Below are positions 40,101 through 53,530 of a stretch of 64,000 nucleotides of DNA, in pieces. This DNA comes from Macrostomum lignano. Taxonomy: Eukaryota. Each line of letters begins with the position of its first letter. The first letter of the stretch is position 1. Under the pieces are notes generated by a model, which worked only from the letters and a program-made list of their open reading frames with translations, had not been told where the DNA came from and did no database searches. Location of the stretch: positions 62,001 through 126,000 of the forward strand of contig NIVC01002826.1 in assembly GCA_002269645.1 (NCBI GenBank), written 5' to 3'. The position numbers and the translations under genes are program-made.

Positions 40101-40182
40101 GTATACCCCTAACAAAAATGAAAAAACACAAAAACTTAATAATTGACTACTTACTCGATGCAACAGCCGATTTAAGAGCCAT
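34197..40182 (-). CDS. STXBP1: Munc18/Sec1 family syntaxin-binding protein (unc-18/Rop/STXBP1), 617 aa, 5 exons
   Basis: Exons 40182-40155, 38746-38043, 37601-37254, 35754-35452, 34667-34197 (1854 nt, GT-AG, phases compatible). Motifs [98 protein letters not shown]. Confidence 0.96.
34725..35365. repeat. ~33-bp minisatellite in Munc18 intron 4
   Basis: (CATGGCAGGTGTGTACATAGGATGGGGGATGGT)n, direct. Confidence 0.95.
35895..37170. repeat. 20-bp G-rich minisatellite in Munc18 intron 3
   Basis: (GGGGCGGATTGGGGCTAGCA)n with variants. Confidence 0.96.
37622..38030. repeat. Two adjacent minisatellites (20/36-bp and 42-bp units) in Munc18 intron 2
   Basis: (TTTGGATTCGCAATGCCACT)n, then (GGCAAAACCTCAAATCAAACCTGGTTTCCAAGAAATGTCTAT)n. 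Confidence 0.93.
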
Positions 40183-42815
40183 ATTCAACTCTATGATAAT
40201 GGGATCAGATAACCAACAAGAGAGAACAACAATTTTGCTGAAAATTCGGTTTCTAAAAAAATGTTTATCACATTCAAACGTGTGCAATTTGACTTAGTAA
40301 AACTAAGTCATACTAATATATATTATTTATCACGTTAAAATGCATCAAAAACAACTAAAATCAATCTCAATTCTTTATAGTATTTTTAGCGCACTAGGAG
40401 AAGTCGTTAATTTAATCTATTCGTCATTACATGGTCAAGGACGCGACTAATCAACTATCGTCAAACTAATATGATTTTGCAGTTAATCCTGATACCTACA
40501 GAGATTGCTGCAAGACCTATGACCACCTATGACCAGTCTTCTGGAGCACTTTGGCTTTGAGGCGAACTAAAAAGTGCACCCTGCCTTGTCAGGATATGAT
40601 CTTCCTGGCTGTTCGATAATTCAGACATGTCGCAGGCTTGTCTCTTCTTTCAGAAAAGCTGCATTAGCTGCGAGAGTTGCTCACTGACTGTCTTTCCGCT
40701 AGACAAGTCTACTTCTTGCCATTCCGGGAAGTTGAGCTGTTTTTTTAGGTGTAGCAACAAATTCGCATGCTCTTTTGCTCCATAATCGCGTTTACCGAGA
40801 AGCCAAGCTGTGGGAGATCACCGCGAGTGCGCATTTACGAGAGTTTTCGGCAACTTCTGCAATGGTGAGTTGCTACCACAATCACCTGATCTGGCCCGTC
40901 TGGCTGAGGAGATTGAAGTCTGCATCAGTGGCTATTCTATCAGTTATCATCAGCTATTTTCGACTATTTTCGACTATTTTAGTCGCGCTGCTTCCACGAT
41001 TGTTTTTTCGTGGATTTTGCCTCAGTTATGGACGGCTTCTTGGTCGATCTGCACATCAGTTACAAAGAGGCTGCCATCGCTTCTCTCAATTTGCTGCGGT
41101 TTCGTGACGGCTTCATCAGGCCCAGGTGGTTAATTTCTACAGCAACAAATAAGCGGCTGTCCGAATGCTCAACCGTGGCTCTGCTAAGTGTCCCATCATG
41201 AATATCATTCTGATGCAGGCCATGGTCTGTATGTAGCAAAAGATCAACTTCAAGGTCTTTTGCCTGCCCTCGGTTTTTTCCTTAATTCCCCTCGGTTTAA
41301 ATAATTTTTCGTTGATAACTCGATCCGCCCAGCTGTATGCTATGAGAATAAAGAGCTGATATTGCTGATGTGGAAGAGAGGCTGAGGCTCTGTAGCTGAG
41401 TGTAGTAAACAATCCTTGAGATAATTATTAGCAGTAGGTTTAATTAATAGTAGAAATACTTATTAGCCAGACCGCATCAGATGAGACGTGAGGTCCTGAG
41501 ACGTTTACTTAACAGCAGACATGCATGCAAGCCCATTTGAGGAGAAAACTTATCTATCTACTTAGCACCAGAGCTCCAGGGGGAATCACTTTGAAAGGCA
41601 ATGCGATCTCGCACCCTAGGCGAAAGAATTCCCCTGTGTAAAAGTCCCCGCTCCAGCATTAGTCTAGGCTGTTCAATTGATACCTCGCATAAGAGTCCCT
41701 TAGATCAGCCGGGCTAAACTGGTAGTGTCCTTTAATCTTTTCCCGAAGCTGTCTGGAAGTCTCGTCTCATTAGCAGGATCGACTGTCCCTGGGGGTACTT
41801 TTGCGCAGGCGACTGACTGGTGTTGGCGGCGCATATTTGGCGGCGGACCTTCAAACTAGTAGCCCGGGCTACTAGTTTAGCATATGGTACCTTGGTCAAT
41901 CCGTCACACTACAAGCTACCCAATATTAACTGAGGTGAATTTTCCTAGCGGCCGTACATATCGGCGCTATAAACCGAAGCCGACGCAAGCATAGCGCCTC
42001 GGGGGTTACAAAAATTACATTTTAATGAGCATGCATAGCTGCTTTGGCCGAATTTTAGCTCGTAGTTCGGTATTCGTCTAGCACATCTACCTGTAGTAAC
42101 AATTTTACAGTACAGTAACTCAGGTTTCTCTTTTAGGACAACTCTTCGAGGGACAGGTACTCGCCATCTGAGCTCAACTGGGTAACTACTCGTAGGTAAG
42201 CGGCTAACACGCTAGCTTTATTGCTCTCCTAGCGTAAATCTAAGATGTTTTACCGAGGCGATGGGCTGTTAGGCCAGTGGTAGTCCGGTTGCTAGCGCTT
42301 CCTTTTCGGTGGCTGGTCTGGGGGAGTCGGTCAGTCGGGGACCCAGCTCGCGCGCAACGAATACTCGTTGTCCCCTGATCTTTGACCTATTCTGGTAACT
42401 TCAATGAGACTGATCTGGATACCATCGGAAAATCTGACTCAGCCGCTCCAGACGCTGCCACTGGTAACTTCCATGCTGCCTGCTCAGAGACTGCTGACAA
42501 ATCCCAGCAAGTTGACGAGAACGCGGCGACGAATGAAGTGATGAGAGGAGAATCAGGGCTGACGCACGGAGAATCAGTCGATGAATCAGCTTGAGGAATG
42601 GAAACTCGAACAGGAAAGGTGATTGACAACTTAAACGAATCTTGCAGATAAATGAGCCCGAATTTCTTTTGCTTAGAAGATCCGATGAACGGTCTTCGAT
42701 TCCAGTCTTTTTAAAAGCATCCAGTCTTTTTAATTGACAAAATTTCTAGGTTATTTTTAGTTCGATATCAAATAAAAAAATGACAAAGAAAACGGATTTG
42801 AGAAATAGCTATTTG

Positions 42816-42871
42816 ACGTAGCTTGACGTAGCTTGACGTAGCTTGACGTAGCTTGACGTAGCTTGACGTAG
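42816..42871. repeat. 10-bp tandem repeat (GACGTAGCTT)n
   Basis: Direct. Confidence 0.9.
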
Positions 42872-43284
42872 ATAAAGTTAAATTACCACTGACTAGAGCG
42901 GAAGGCCCAAACAAGTTTGTTTATCTGACATCAAATAAGGAGGATTGAGTGCAATTGGAGGCGCGACTGAGGAAAGATATAAGATTAGAGAGCCAATCAG
43001 AAGCCAGCAAAAGGGAGAGAGATGAGATAAGAACCAGAAGTTAAACAGAGATAAAAACAGTAAACACAGTGACGATGGCAGTTGAAATCAAGATTCGTAG
43101 CTCGTATGAGTCAGATAACTAAGAAATTCGCGACAGGTTGCAAGGAATTTGACAGGGATCCTTCGTGCTAGAGATGCACTCTCGCGCCTTTTTCGTTGGA
43201 TCCTGTATTGTAGTTCATATATGATCAGGCACTGAACTGCTACGACACACCTGGGCCACCAACGGACGGTAACCGTCAGCAACG

Positions 43285-44330
43285 ACAAGCCCTTAGGATG
43301 GCGTCCTAAGCCCAGTTCTCTGGAATATGATCATTGATGAGCTTCTACAGAATGTTCACCTCGACCCGTGACATCTGGCCCGTCGCCTGAAACATTATAT
43401 GTAGGTTAGGAAACAAAAACCCAGCAACTATACTCAGCAACAGCTATGACCCCCCCCCCTAACAGTCAGTCACGCGGAACAACAGTTAAGCTATGTCTTT
43501 AATGCTTGTTTCAGTATAGTGAGTAGGCACCACGAGCATGCATGCAAAAGTGCCGTTGCTCGTTGTGGTATCCTAATCACCAGCCGGTTGATGAACTCTT
43601 GGAAATTGGGGCAGCTGCTGCCAGGCATTCAGAATCGCTTGTCGCTTTACGAAGTCCTAGACATGCTCGATGGGGTTCATGTCTGGAGAGAGTTTGACGG
43701 CCTGATTAATGTGCGAATTGCGTTAGCGCACCCCCCCCCCCCCCAGTTCCCCAGTACTTTGCGCTGGCGTCTGTCGACGGGCAGCCTTCGTACATTTCAG
43801 AATCATCGATGGCATGCAAAAATTTTGGGCCGAATGGCAGCGTGAGGTTAAAGGGGGAAGGGGTTGAGCTGTTATTGAGTCCATTATGCTGAACGATGGG
43901 CGTACAGGTTTGATAGCGAGGTCCCTGAGACTAACCCCTCCCCGGCGATCATGTTCACCAGCCGAGTAAAAAATGGCATGTTCGCACACTCGAGCTTTAC
44001 AGAGCGGAAATTCCCCTCTGCAAACCCGTTGTATGTCAGCCTTTTACACTAAAGGAGACTCTCTAGCGTTTTCCAGAATTAAGTCGTCGCATCAGCAGAT
44101 GTCCAGCGGAGTTGTGCTTGCAGGATTGTCAAGGGTATCAGGTAGGAGTGTTTTCTTCTACTCCGATAGCAAGACTGCTCTGCAAGCCCTGTCTAATACT
44201 CAACCAACTGGCACAGAGATACACAGTCCAGCTGGTTCCCCAGACACGCGTGCTACATGGGAAACGATCTCCCGCAAACGTGTGCTGGTTCCATATCCCT
44301 TCCGCGATTATCGACAAACAAATCAAAGGA
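43285..44330 (+). mobile_element. Highly degenerate non-LTR retrotransposon relic with RT and RNase H traces (R1/LOA/I-group-like)
   Basis: P*DGVLSPVLWNMIIDELL at 43297 (RT PQGGVLSP motif) and VFFYSDSKTALQALSN at 44147 (RNase H SDS motif). Confidence 0.7.
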
Positions 44331-45814
44331 CTTGGGTGAAAATTCACCACAAGTGCAGATGAAAGAGCATCTCCAACTGCCGCTAATTCCCAGCCGAGTG
44401 CCCAAACTGCAGAGAATCCTTCCGAACCAAAAATCGGAACAGACAAACAGCCGACAGCCGGAACAAACGATGCTTTTTCTGCAATTACGAGTACTGCTCG
44501 GTCTTCAACCGAGACCGGCTTTAACACTTAGGCTTAACCCATCAATCGATGAAGCGTACCAGCCCGAGAACATTATTCCACGTCCTTCTTCCCTACAGAA
44601 GAACACGCTTACAAACAGACTGACAGACCTCCCTCCGTCCCCTCGTCCAGCCCATTCGGATGCGGGCTCTTCAGGGATTAGCGATATAGACAACGCTCCT
44701 CTCCTTGACGTGTCATCGGACCGCCCTGTGGATGAGTTAAGTAAGTAGTGTCATTATTACTCGATCATCTAAACAAATCTGGCTTCATCCATCATATCGA
44801 TCTGATATCCATATAAACTCTATCTATCAGAACTTCTGAGAGCTTGGCTTCTAAAAGTACACTCATGACACGAGGCAGCTCACTTCAGAGGCGACTCACT
44901 TAAACTATATGAACGCTCATCTCGAGAGCTCACCAGGCAGATGGCCGGGCATGGGTTCGTATGCTGTCGAACAAAATAAACGAAAGATAGCTACAGACTG
45001 AAAAGGCTCTACACTGCCGATATTTCACTCGTAAATCAATCTGCAATAAATTAAACAAAATCTTAGAAACAGACTGTTGGCAACAGTGACAGAATATTGA
45101 CAGGAAATTTTCTGTCCAAGCGGGGCTTAAAACCCCACCTACTGCTTTATTGATATTGGGAAAGACAGAAAAGGGTGAGATAAAGCTAATTCTAATTTCA
45201 GCTGCAGCTGTTCCTAGGAACAAGAATCTAGAGAGTTCCTACTCTAATCCAATCGCAAACTTTGACTTTCAGAACTACTTAGCCGGTCGGCTTTTCCTGC
45301 AATTTTCATGAAGCTGAATAATCTTAAAATCCCTTAAGCCTGTGTGGAAAAAGTCGTATTACTGCGCGGATTAGCACGGGAAAATATTGAATTTCCTTGT
45401 CGAATTTGGGCTGCGGATGAAGCTGACGGGAGCAGGTATCTTGATTAAATTGCAATTTAGATTTTCGAATGCAATTTTGGCACCACAGACGTCTTAAGCT
45501 TCTGTCTGTTTACAGATTTGGAACCTATGCAAAACAGCTGCCGAATTTCAAGTCGCTGAAGCAGTCGAGAGGCGTGCGGATTCTGAAAGCAAAAAAGAGC
45601 GGCATCCCTACTTGTTAGCCAAATTAGAAGGCGCTGTTTTTGAGGTCCTGCACCGCCGGTGCTACAAGCGCTAGATTCAGACTATAGCTAAATGAAAAAT
45701 CAAGTCAGCTTCTTTGACTTTTTTCTTTGATTCTTTCCCGCAAGCAGCAATCTCGAATGAAATGGCAAGTAAGGGACCGCCCCCCCCCCCTGGCGCCCCA
45801 TTACCAGCTGATTT

Positions 45815-46285
45815 GGCGTCCCTTCACAACAGCTGTGGTCCCCCTTCACAACAACTGTGGTCCCCTACACAACAGCTGTGGTCCCCTTCACAACAGCTGT
45901 GGTACCCCCTTCACAACAACTGTGGTCCCCTTCACAACAGCTGTGGTCCCCCTTCACAATAACTGTGGTCCCCCTTCACAATAACTGTGGTCCTCTTCAT
46001 AACAGCTGTGGTCCCCCTTCACAACAACTGTGGTCCCCCTTCACAACAGCTGTGGTCCCCTTCACAACAGCTGTGGTCCCCTTCACAATAACTGTGGTCC
46101 CCCTTCACAATAACTGTGGTCCCCCTTCACAATAACTGTGGTCCTCTTCATAACAGCTGTGGTCCCCTTCACAACAGCTGTGGTCCCCCTTCACAAAAAC
46201 TGTGGTCCCCTTCACAACAGCTGTGGTCCCCTTCACAAAAACTGTGGTCCCCTTCACAACAGCTGTGGTACCCCTTCACAACAGC
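45815..46285. repeat. 21-22 bp minisatellite (TGTGGTCCCCTTCACAACAGC)n
   Basis: Direct. Confidence 0.95.
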
Positions 46286-48174
46286 TTTGGTGCCCCTGGT
46301 GCTTGCGATCCACATGGCGTCCCCATAAAAAATCCTGGCTGCATCCCTCCCTAGCCCGGTAGCTAATCAGCTCGGTACAGTACAGTTACCCTCTCTCAGT
46401 GGCAGGGGCGACTTTGTGCCGGTCAAAGAAAGCCCGAATTTCTTTGCTGACGCCTTCCCTCTCTCTATATTTCTGTAATTCTCTCTAATCTCCCCCTCTT
46501 GCTAGAGACATTCCGGAGGTATCTTGAATAATTGAATAAGCTAGAAATATATTTTCGATCCAGAATCATTCAATTATCTTGAATCAACGAAATATACGAG
46601 CGTATATTTACATCTGTCAATGGCGTGGTGGATGCTAACACGACAGTGCGACAACAGAGCCAAAATATGTTGCGAAAAAGTGCACAGAGGAGAGTAACAC
46701 AATGCTTAGACGCACTTTTGTGCAAGCACACTGATATCACACTTCTTTCTCTCCTCTCCTTCTTCCTAGATCCTCTCACCTTTCCCGGTAAACTCATTTT
46801 TAGTATATCTGATCATAGGAGAGTTTTGAATTTTAGTATATCGGACTAGCACACTAAGCCCCCCATGGGGGCATTTAAATTCAAAATTCAAACGGAGCGC
46901 CCATTGAAAGCATTAAAAAACATCGTTTTTGATTATTTGAACCAGTTCCAATTCGAACTTTTCATCAAAAATGGTCATCCGTGCCCGCCGAAAAATTATG
47001 ATTTTTTAAAGCTTTGAAAAAGCTTTGAAATTTGAAAAAACTCGGCCTGACGGTTCTTAGAAAAATCAGCCGTCCACACCGATCCCCTAACTGCACCCAC
47101 TTCCCCATTCTTTGTACCCCGGTCATCTGCGTGTCTTATCCTGATTGACTGCTCCTCCCTGCTCTGCTCCGTCTCTAGCCTCTGCATTTTAGCTCGTACT
47201 GTCTGACTAGGTGTTGATATTTTTGCATCCAATAGTTGCTAGGAAACAATCGACCATTAGGCACAACCGAAAATAAATAAAAAAGATGTTAGCTGGCGAG
47301 AGGGCTAGGCTGAGGGTTACAGCTAGTTATAAATAGATCACAACGCATGTATGAAAAGCATTACCATTAGAAAACTTTGTTTTTTTCGACAATTTTATTT
47401 GGTTCTGTTTTAATTTTTTAAGCCAAGCGAACTGTAAAGCCAGGGAAATTTCGAATGTAATAGTCACATTTATTTTTCGATATCATGGTCACGGTCACGG
47501 ATAGATATACAGAGATATAGGATTCGCTTAAACAGACAATTGCAAGTAGTCGAAGTGAACGAGACAAATAAATTTATAAATTGAATAAGTTTATGCGTAA
47601 TATTTTTTAGTGCAACCTCCTTCCAGTCGAGAAATCTGGCCCCTGGCCTCGTTGTCTCTCTGGGCTGTCCTTGGTCCATCTTCCGCATGGTTAATGTGTG
47701 CCTTGGAAAATTTACTACATTTACCGTACTTTGATATAATCGAAGAAAAATCTTATAAGCAACACGCTACGAAAATTTTGTACGTTAAAAAGCAAATAAG
47801 GATTAAAACGAATTGGGCGAAAACTTAAATTTAAACGATAAAACCAACTGACAGACTTTTGAGGTGCATCTTTCTAAGCACAAATTGCAATTTTTCGTGA
47901 ATTATAACAAATGTACAGTATCATTGTTAAAAAAGTTGAAAACTGACAATACCCTTGCAGACAAAAGTGCAATAACTTCTTGATCGCTTTTGAAATATTT
48001 AGATACTCGTAGTCTTGAAGTAGTTTTCTACCGGTAGATGCTTGTAAAATCAAAATAAATTTGTTACTCAAAAAATTATTAAAATCCAGGAGTTACTTCT
48101 GCCGCAGCTATGTTAAATAATTAAGGTACAGAGATAAGCTATATCAGGTAACGATACTAGTTAGATCATATGAA

Positions 48175-48516
48175 GAGATCAGCTAGATCAGCTAGAGAGA
48201 TCAGGTAGATCAGCTAGAGAGATCAGGTAGATCAGCTAGAGAGATCAGCTAGATAAGCTAGAGGTTGGCTGGATCAGCTAGAGGTTGGCTGGATCAGCTA
48301 GAGATTGGCTGGATCAGCTAGAGGTTGGCTGGATCAGCTAGAGGTTGGCTGGATCAGCTAGAGGTTGGCTGGATCAGCTAGAGGTTTGGCTAGATCAGCT
48401 AGAGGTTGGCTAGATCAGCTAGATCAGCTAGAGGTTGGCTGGATCAGCTAGAGATTGGCTGGATCAGCTAGATCAGCTAGAGGTTGGCTGGATCAGCTAG
48501 AGGTTGGCTAGATCAG
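48175..48516. repeat. 20-bp minisatellite (GATCAGCTAGAGGTTGGCTG)n just downstream of the GPCR stop
   Basis: Direct. Confidence 0.93.
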
Positions 48517-48532
48517 AATAATGATGAAGCAT

Positions 48533-50274
48533 TTAGACAAAAGTCTCTGGAACGGCCCCTTCATCCTGCTTCACTTCCTCTTCGCGAGCGATTCCGGCGT
48601 AGTGGGCCAGCTCCGCCGCGGCTCCCGTCCCGACCGAGGCGTCCCCGCCAGTCAGGCCCTGCTCCAAATTGGCTCCCGATCTCGGCCTCAGCAGCTGCAG
48701 CCGGCGCCTCAGACAGTCCGGCACCATGGCGCAGAATTCCGATCGAAAATTTTCGTTCAAAAAGCCGTAGAGCACCGGGTTGATGCAGGCGGAGGTCTGC
48801 ACGAACAGCAGACAGAGCGCCTGTACCAGAGACACGGAGAAGCCGGAGCTGCCATGCTTCAGCTTCTGACCAACTTCAGGCATGGAAGTCTTTGACTCAG
48901 AGGAGGTGGAGGAGTCGAGCTTCATCTGCCAGATCTTGTAATCGCTGTGCAGATTACTAGCTGACAGGGGCAGCCAGGCCAGGCCGAACGTCACCACCAC
49001 CAAGGCCAGCAGGATGTTCGCCCGTCGCTGTCGCCTGTGCTCCGCCCGAAGCCGAACTGTCTGAGTTGCCGTCAGCGAGCTCGCCGACTCGTTCCCGCCG
49101 AGCAGCCGGCGGCGCAGACGCTGTCGGATGAGGACAAAGGCGACGAGCAGGACGGTGAGCGGAGCGGCGTACTGCACGCACATCGACACGCAGCTGTAAG
49201 CCAGCTTGGCAGTTTTGTCCACTTCGTTGGCCGTTCGCTCCCAGCAGATGAGCCGGTCCTCGCCAGCCGACACGGTGTTGTCCCGGGTGACGATGCCGAA
49301 CCAGAGCATCGGGCTGGACATGAGGCAGGCGGCCAGCCAGGTGAGCGGCAGAGCGAGGCGCATCCGCCGCTCCAGCGTCCGGTCCAGGGGTTGCGTGACT
49401 GCCTGTCGAAGAAGTTCACAGGAGTTTCAGCTAACTGGGTTTCTCCAAGCCAGTTGCGTGTTGTCGCGGCTTCAACTAAGAAACTAAGAAGATGATAGCT
49501 TTGCTTGCGATTTTTCAACCCCCCTCCAACCTTTGGCGCCTCTCAGTAATTTGCAGTTTCATGATTAACTGCTAATGAGCCTCAATTCTTACAGCAGCTT
49601 TGCATTTACTGTTGCGCCTTTTGCCTTTCTAAACGAAAAAATCGCCAATCTCGTATTTCTTGCTTTTAATTTCGCCAGGCGCAAATCACAGAGCAGCATC
49701 TCCGTCAGTCAGACTTTGGTAAGATTTCGCTTGAGTATATCCGCCTGCAGACAGAACTGGCGAGTGAGGCGACATGACAAAATGATGAAAGAAATTTCCA
49801 GTTGCTTTCACAGATCCAGCATTTGTGAAGAAAATGAATAGGGGTTGACAGGCCTATTCATTTACTTCTTTGCCTTCTCTTTTAGTGCTGCTATCGGTGC
49901 AAGCTCATTAGTTCAACTACTTGAACTTGCACTCTGTAATCCACGGCTAATTCATTTCAAACTGCCTCCTGTCTCTGCTATTATCCTGTAATGCTTCTTT
50001 CGACTCGCAAAACACCATCGGAGTACGGTTTTTTCTCTGAGAGATGGGTTTCCTGTATCCTGCACAGGCGCTGGATTATCCAACCCTCTTCATCCGCACG
50101 CCTGCCTAACAGGTGAGTCGGATTACCTGACGCTTGAAATTGCGTCCCTAGCATATAATTAAACACCGACTCGGTAGTCTGTAACAGAGTGGGCGACAAG
50201 GCGCACGCGATTCGGCTTTAATACCCGGGTTTGACGTATAGGTAAGAAGAAATTTAAGTAAACAAAAAGCAGGA

Positions 50275-50317
<43 letters not shown>

Positions 50318-50328
50318 CAGTTAGTTAT

Positions 50329-50409
<81 letters not shown>

Positions 50410-50622
50410 CAGTTAGTTCGTTAGTTTGTTTGTTTGTTTGTTTTTTTGTTTTTTTGTTTGTTAAATAAATAACTAATCAAACTATTGATTCAAGTTTGGG
50501 CTATGTTTAGCGCTTCAGCTAGCATTCCCCTTGAAAAAGTACAGAATAATGGCATAAAACCATTTGGGTGCCTGCGGTTGGATCCTTCTAGGTTTGCGTT
50601 TGTTGAGTGCGTTTAGCGGTGA

Positions 50623-50669
<47 letters not shown>

Positions 50670-51526
50670 CAGTTAGTTCGTTAGTTTGTTTGTTTGTTTG
50701 TTTTTTTGTTTTTTTGTTTGTTAAATAAATAACTAATCAAACTATTGATTCAAGTTTGGGCTATGTTTAGCGCTTCAGCTAGCATTCCCCTTGAAAAAGT
50801 ACAGAATAATGGCATAAAACCATTTGGGTGCCTGCGGTTGGATCCTTCTAGGTTTGCGTTTGTTGAGTGCGTTTAGCGGTGAAGTGTGGTGCGTGTGTAG
50901 AGTTGCGCCAGTGTCATTTTGTCTTTTGCGTGCATTATTCGCTGTACACGCCAAAGTGTATCTAAGCTTACTGTTACTGCTATTCTCGGCAAACTATTTC
51001 AGCCCCAAGCTGTGAAACTCACCCGACATCTGTCTATGGCAATGGCTGTCACGGCGAAAGTGGACGCAAACAGGTTCAGTCCAGTCAGTGCGTTGACGAA
51101 TTTGCACAGAGCGAGTCCGTAGGTCCAACTCGTGGTGGAGAAGAACAGCCGGCGGATGTTGCACGGCTGAGTGAGAACGCAGAGCACGAAGTCGGACATG
51201 GCCAGGTTGGCCACCAGAAGGTTGTTCACTCCTTTGCGCATGCTACTGCTGAGAAGTACTACGGCCACTAGCAGGCCATTGCCAACCGCGCCAAAGGCAA
51301 TGAGGCCCACGAAGGCAAACAGAATAGGTCGAATTTTCAACAGTTCGCGCTGCGCATAGCGTTCGACTTCGTTGATTTCGCGGTGTAGTTTTTGCAGAGC
51401 AGCCGTGTTGTTGTGGCACTCGAAGTAAGCAATTAAGTGCCTGATGTCGAACAAGTTGGTGACTTGCATGTGCTGGATGCAAGAGGTATTGTCCTCCTGC
51501 AGTCTGTCTAGGTTCAGTAAATCCAT
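48533..51526 (-). CDS. Rhodopsin-class neuropeptide GPCR, NPY/NPF-receptor-like, 457 aa, 2 exons (51526-51023, 49402-48533)
   Basis: GN in TM1, NLAMSD in TM2, AIAIDRCR|AV spliced at TM3, AWLP in TM6, CINPVLYGFLNENFR in TM7; CGG|GTGAGT and GACAG|GCA junctions in phase. Confidence 0.9.
50277..50410. repeat. (TTAG)n microsatellite in the GPCR intron
   Basis: Direct. Confidence 0.97.
50365..50884. repeat. Near-perfect 260-bp tandem duplication
   Basis: TTAGTTAGTCAGTTAGTTCG at 50401 and 50661; identical sequence through GCGTTTAGCGGTGAAG. Confidence 0.92.
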
Positions 51527-52899
51527 GCTCTGCAAAATCTCAGGAAATTGAAGATATGTGGGCAAATATTTATATTTATTGATATCCTGTACGGGAAGGC
51601 CTCTTGCCAGATATTTGATAGGCGAAAAGCAAGTTACGCTCGTAGCTTTATTCTCAACCCAGTCTCTCTCAGATTCGCATTGACCGTAATAACTCTCGAT
51701 TTGGTGAGAAAATGCAGTCCAAGTGGCGGATGCAATGCACTCTTACCTGCGTGAATTATCTTAGGTTGCGGAGTAGCAACAGGTAGATGTGATGCGGGAA
51801 GCTGGGCAGAACCTATAGGTGTTAATTATTTGGGCTTGCTGAGTAATCAAGGCTGGAATGACAGCTTATGGAAGGCGAGACTTCCAAGTAGATATGAGAA
51901 AACGAGCCATGCGTGGCATTGGATGAGGCCACAAAGATCTATCGGCCTTTGCCACTGGAATGCGATTGGCTCAGAAACCAAACCCTGAGTTCTGTCTGGC
52001 AATGGCGAAGGATTCACCGTCTCAACATATGGGTAAACTGTAAGCGCTTAGTTGAAGAAGTCTCTTAACGACTATGGTGGAACATCGCTTTGTATATCTT
52101 TACGAGTAATAGTTGTTATTCTTTGCTGACCTTGACCTGTGACAGCCTCCGGTGATAAGACCTTCCCTTGTGACAGCCGCGGCGATTTTCAGTAGCGAAA
52201 GCACTTAGTAAATAAAGACTTCTAAATGATTGATCCATTAGCCTGCATCCGAGCTCAAGCAAGCATTACGCTCTTGCAGCAGACTGCATCCGGACTGTTT
52301 TCGACCGTTGTTAAATACTTTTATTTCTCGGTTTCTCTCTCTCTCTCTCCTTAATATTATTTCTCATGCAATTGGCTTGATTTGCCTCAGTCTTTTACTT
52401 ATATGGCTTACAAAACGGACATCAAAAGTTGAAGGCTAAAGATAGTAGCGCGCGAGCTTCTGGCCGAGAAACTGGACTGAGAGGCAAGCATGCCTATTAA
52501 TCGAGCATCATAATTTGCTATGCATGGCCATGTTATAGCTTTGTCAAACATAAAGACGTCTTAATTACGAGAGTAATCCATATACTAAAAATGAGTCCAT
52601 ATGTTTGCATGTGATCGATTTCAGAAAATAACGTCTAAGGATTTAAGGAGCTCCACCCTTATGCAATGCCGGCTTAGGTGAAAAAACAAGATAATCAATG
52701 TTTAGCGCTGGGTTTCCCACTGTTTATTCCCCTACCCTGCTGGTTGGGATTCTATTCCTCTTAGTACACTCTAGTAGAGCTGAGAATGAGCGATTCGGTC
52801 AAGGTCTCGGGTGTAGGGGGGGGGGGGGGCTGTCTCTGAGTGAGAAAGTCCTGGTACGTATTGAATTTAGGTTATCGCGTCTTCTGCGATAGCTGGTTC

Positions 52900-53530
52900 A
52901 GATCTTATTATCGTCTTGCGATGTATCTGCTGCAGCGGAGCACCCTGCTGACATGCACAGTTCGCGCCGATCGCGGTGTCCCAGATGGCCTTCGTGGTAT
53001 CCAGGGAAACCAAACTTCACCCTGTTCACTGAATTGTGCCAAACGAACTGGTCATCCAGCAGAAGCAACAAACAGTTGTGTCGTACGCTCGTACAACAGA
53101 TTTATAGGTGATGATAACAGGCTGGATTCTGCCTGGCAGCCATGCAACCCATGCCGGCGAACTCAGAAGTGGCCCACAAAGCTCGGCACGCATATTTTTC
53201 TTGTGCTGGCCAGAAACGACTGGACTGTGTACTCATCGTGCGGAGGTGCGCTCGAGTTTCTGAAGTTTTTAGAAACCATCATCAAGCACTTCGTCGACTC
53301 CTCGGGACCAGGTCGTATAAGAGCTGCTCGGGCACAGCAGCAGCCAGCAGCGGCTCACCAACAGCACTCGCTGAAGCGCACTGAAGTCACGACCAACGAA
53401 GCGGTGCAGGCTTTGCTACAGAAACGGCCAGGCCAAGAAAATCCTCTTCTGATGTAGCTCATTTGAAGGCAACCCTGGACTGTGCGCAACCCCCTGTTTT
53501 GCCGACTGGCATGCTGCACAGGCGTGATTT
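52900..53530 (+). mobile_element. piggyBac transposase relic (C-terminal part)
   Basis: VVRSYNRFIGDDNRLDSA..RRTQKWPTKLGTHIFLVLARNDWTVY matches the YN..MGGVD..D...KW...NAW..Y block. Downstream CATPCFADWH resembles the end of the Cys-rich domain. Confidence 0.72.

Noticed and set aside
41099-41119. Hammerhead ribozyme core CTGATGA-N9-GAAAC on the minus strand
   Set aside because: I could not find complementary stems I and III or a correctly placed NUH site in the flanks; an Infernal search would settle it.
40628-43247. Second solo LTR (TGTCGCAG...CTACGACA)
   Set aside because: The termini are roughly inverted but there is no target-site duplication.
45714-46362. MASKGPPPPPGAP... and related ORFs
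   Set aside because: A poly-C run plus a 21-22 bp satellite; no splice or domain support.
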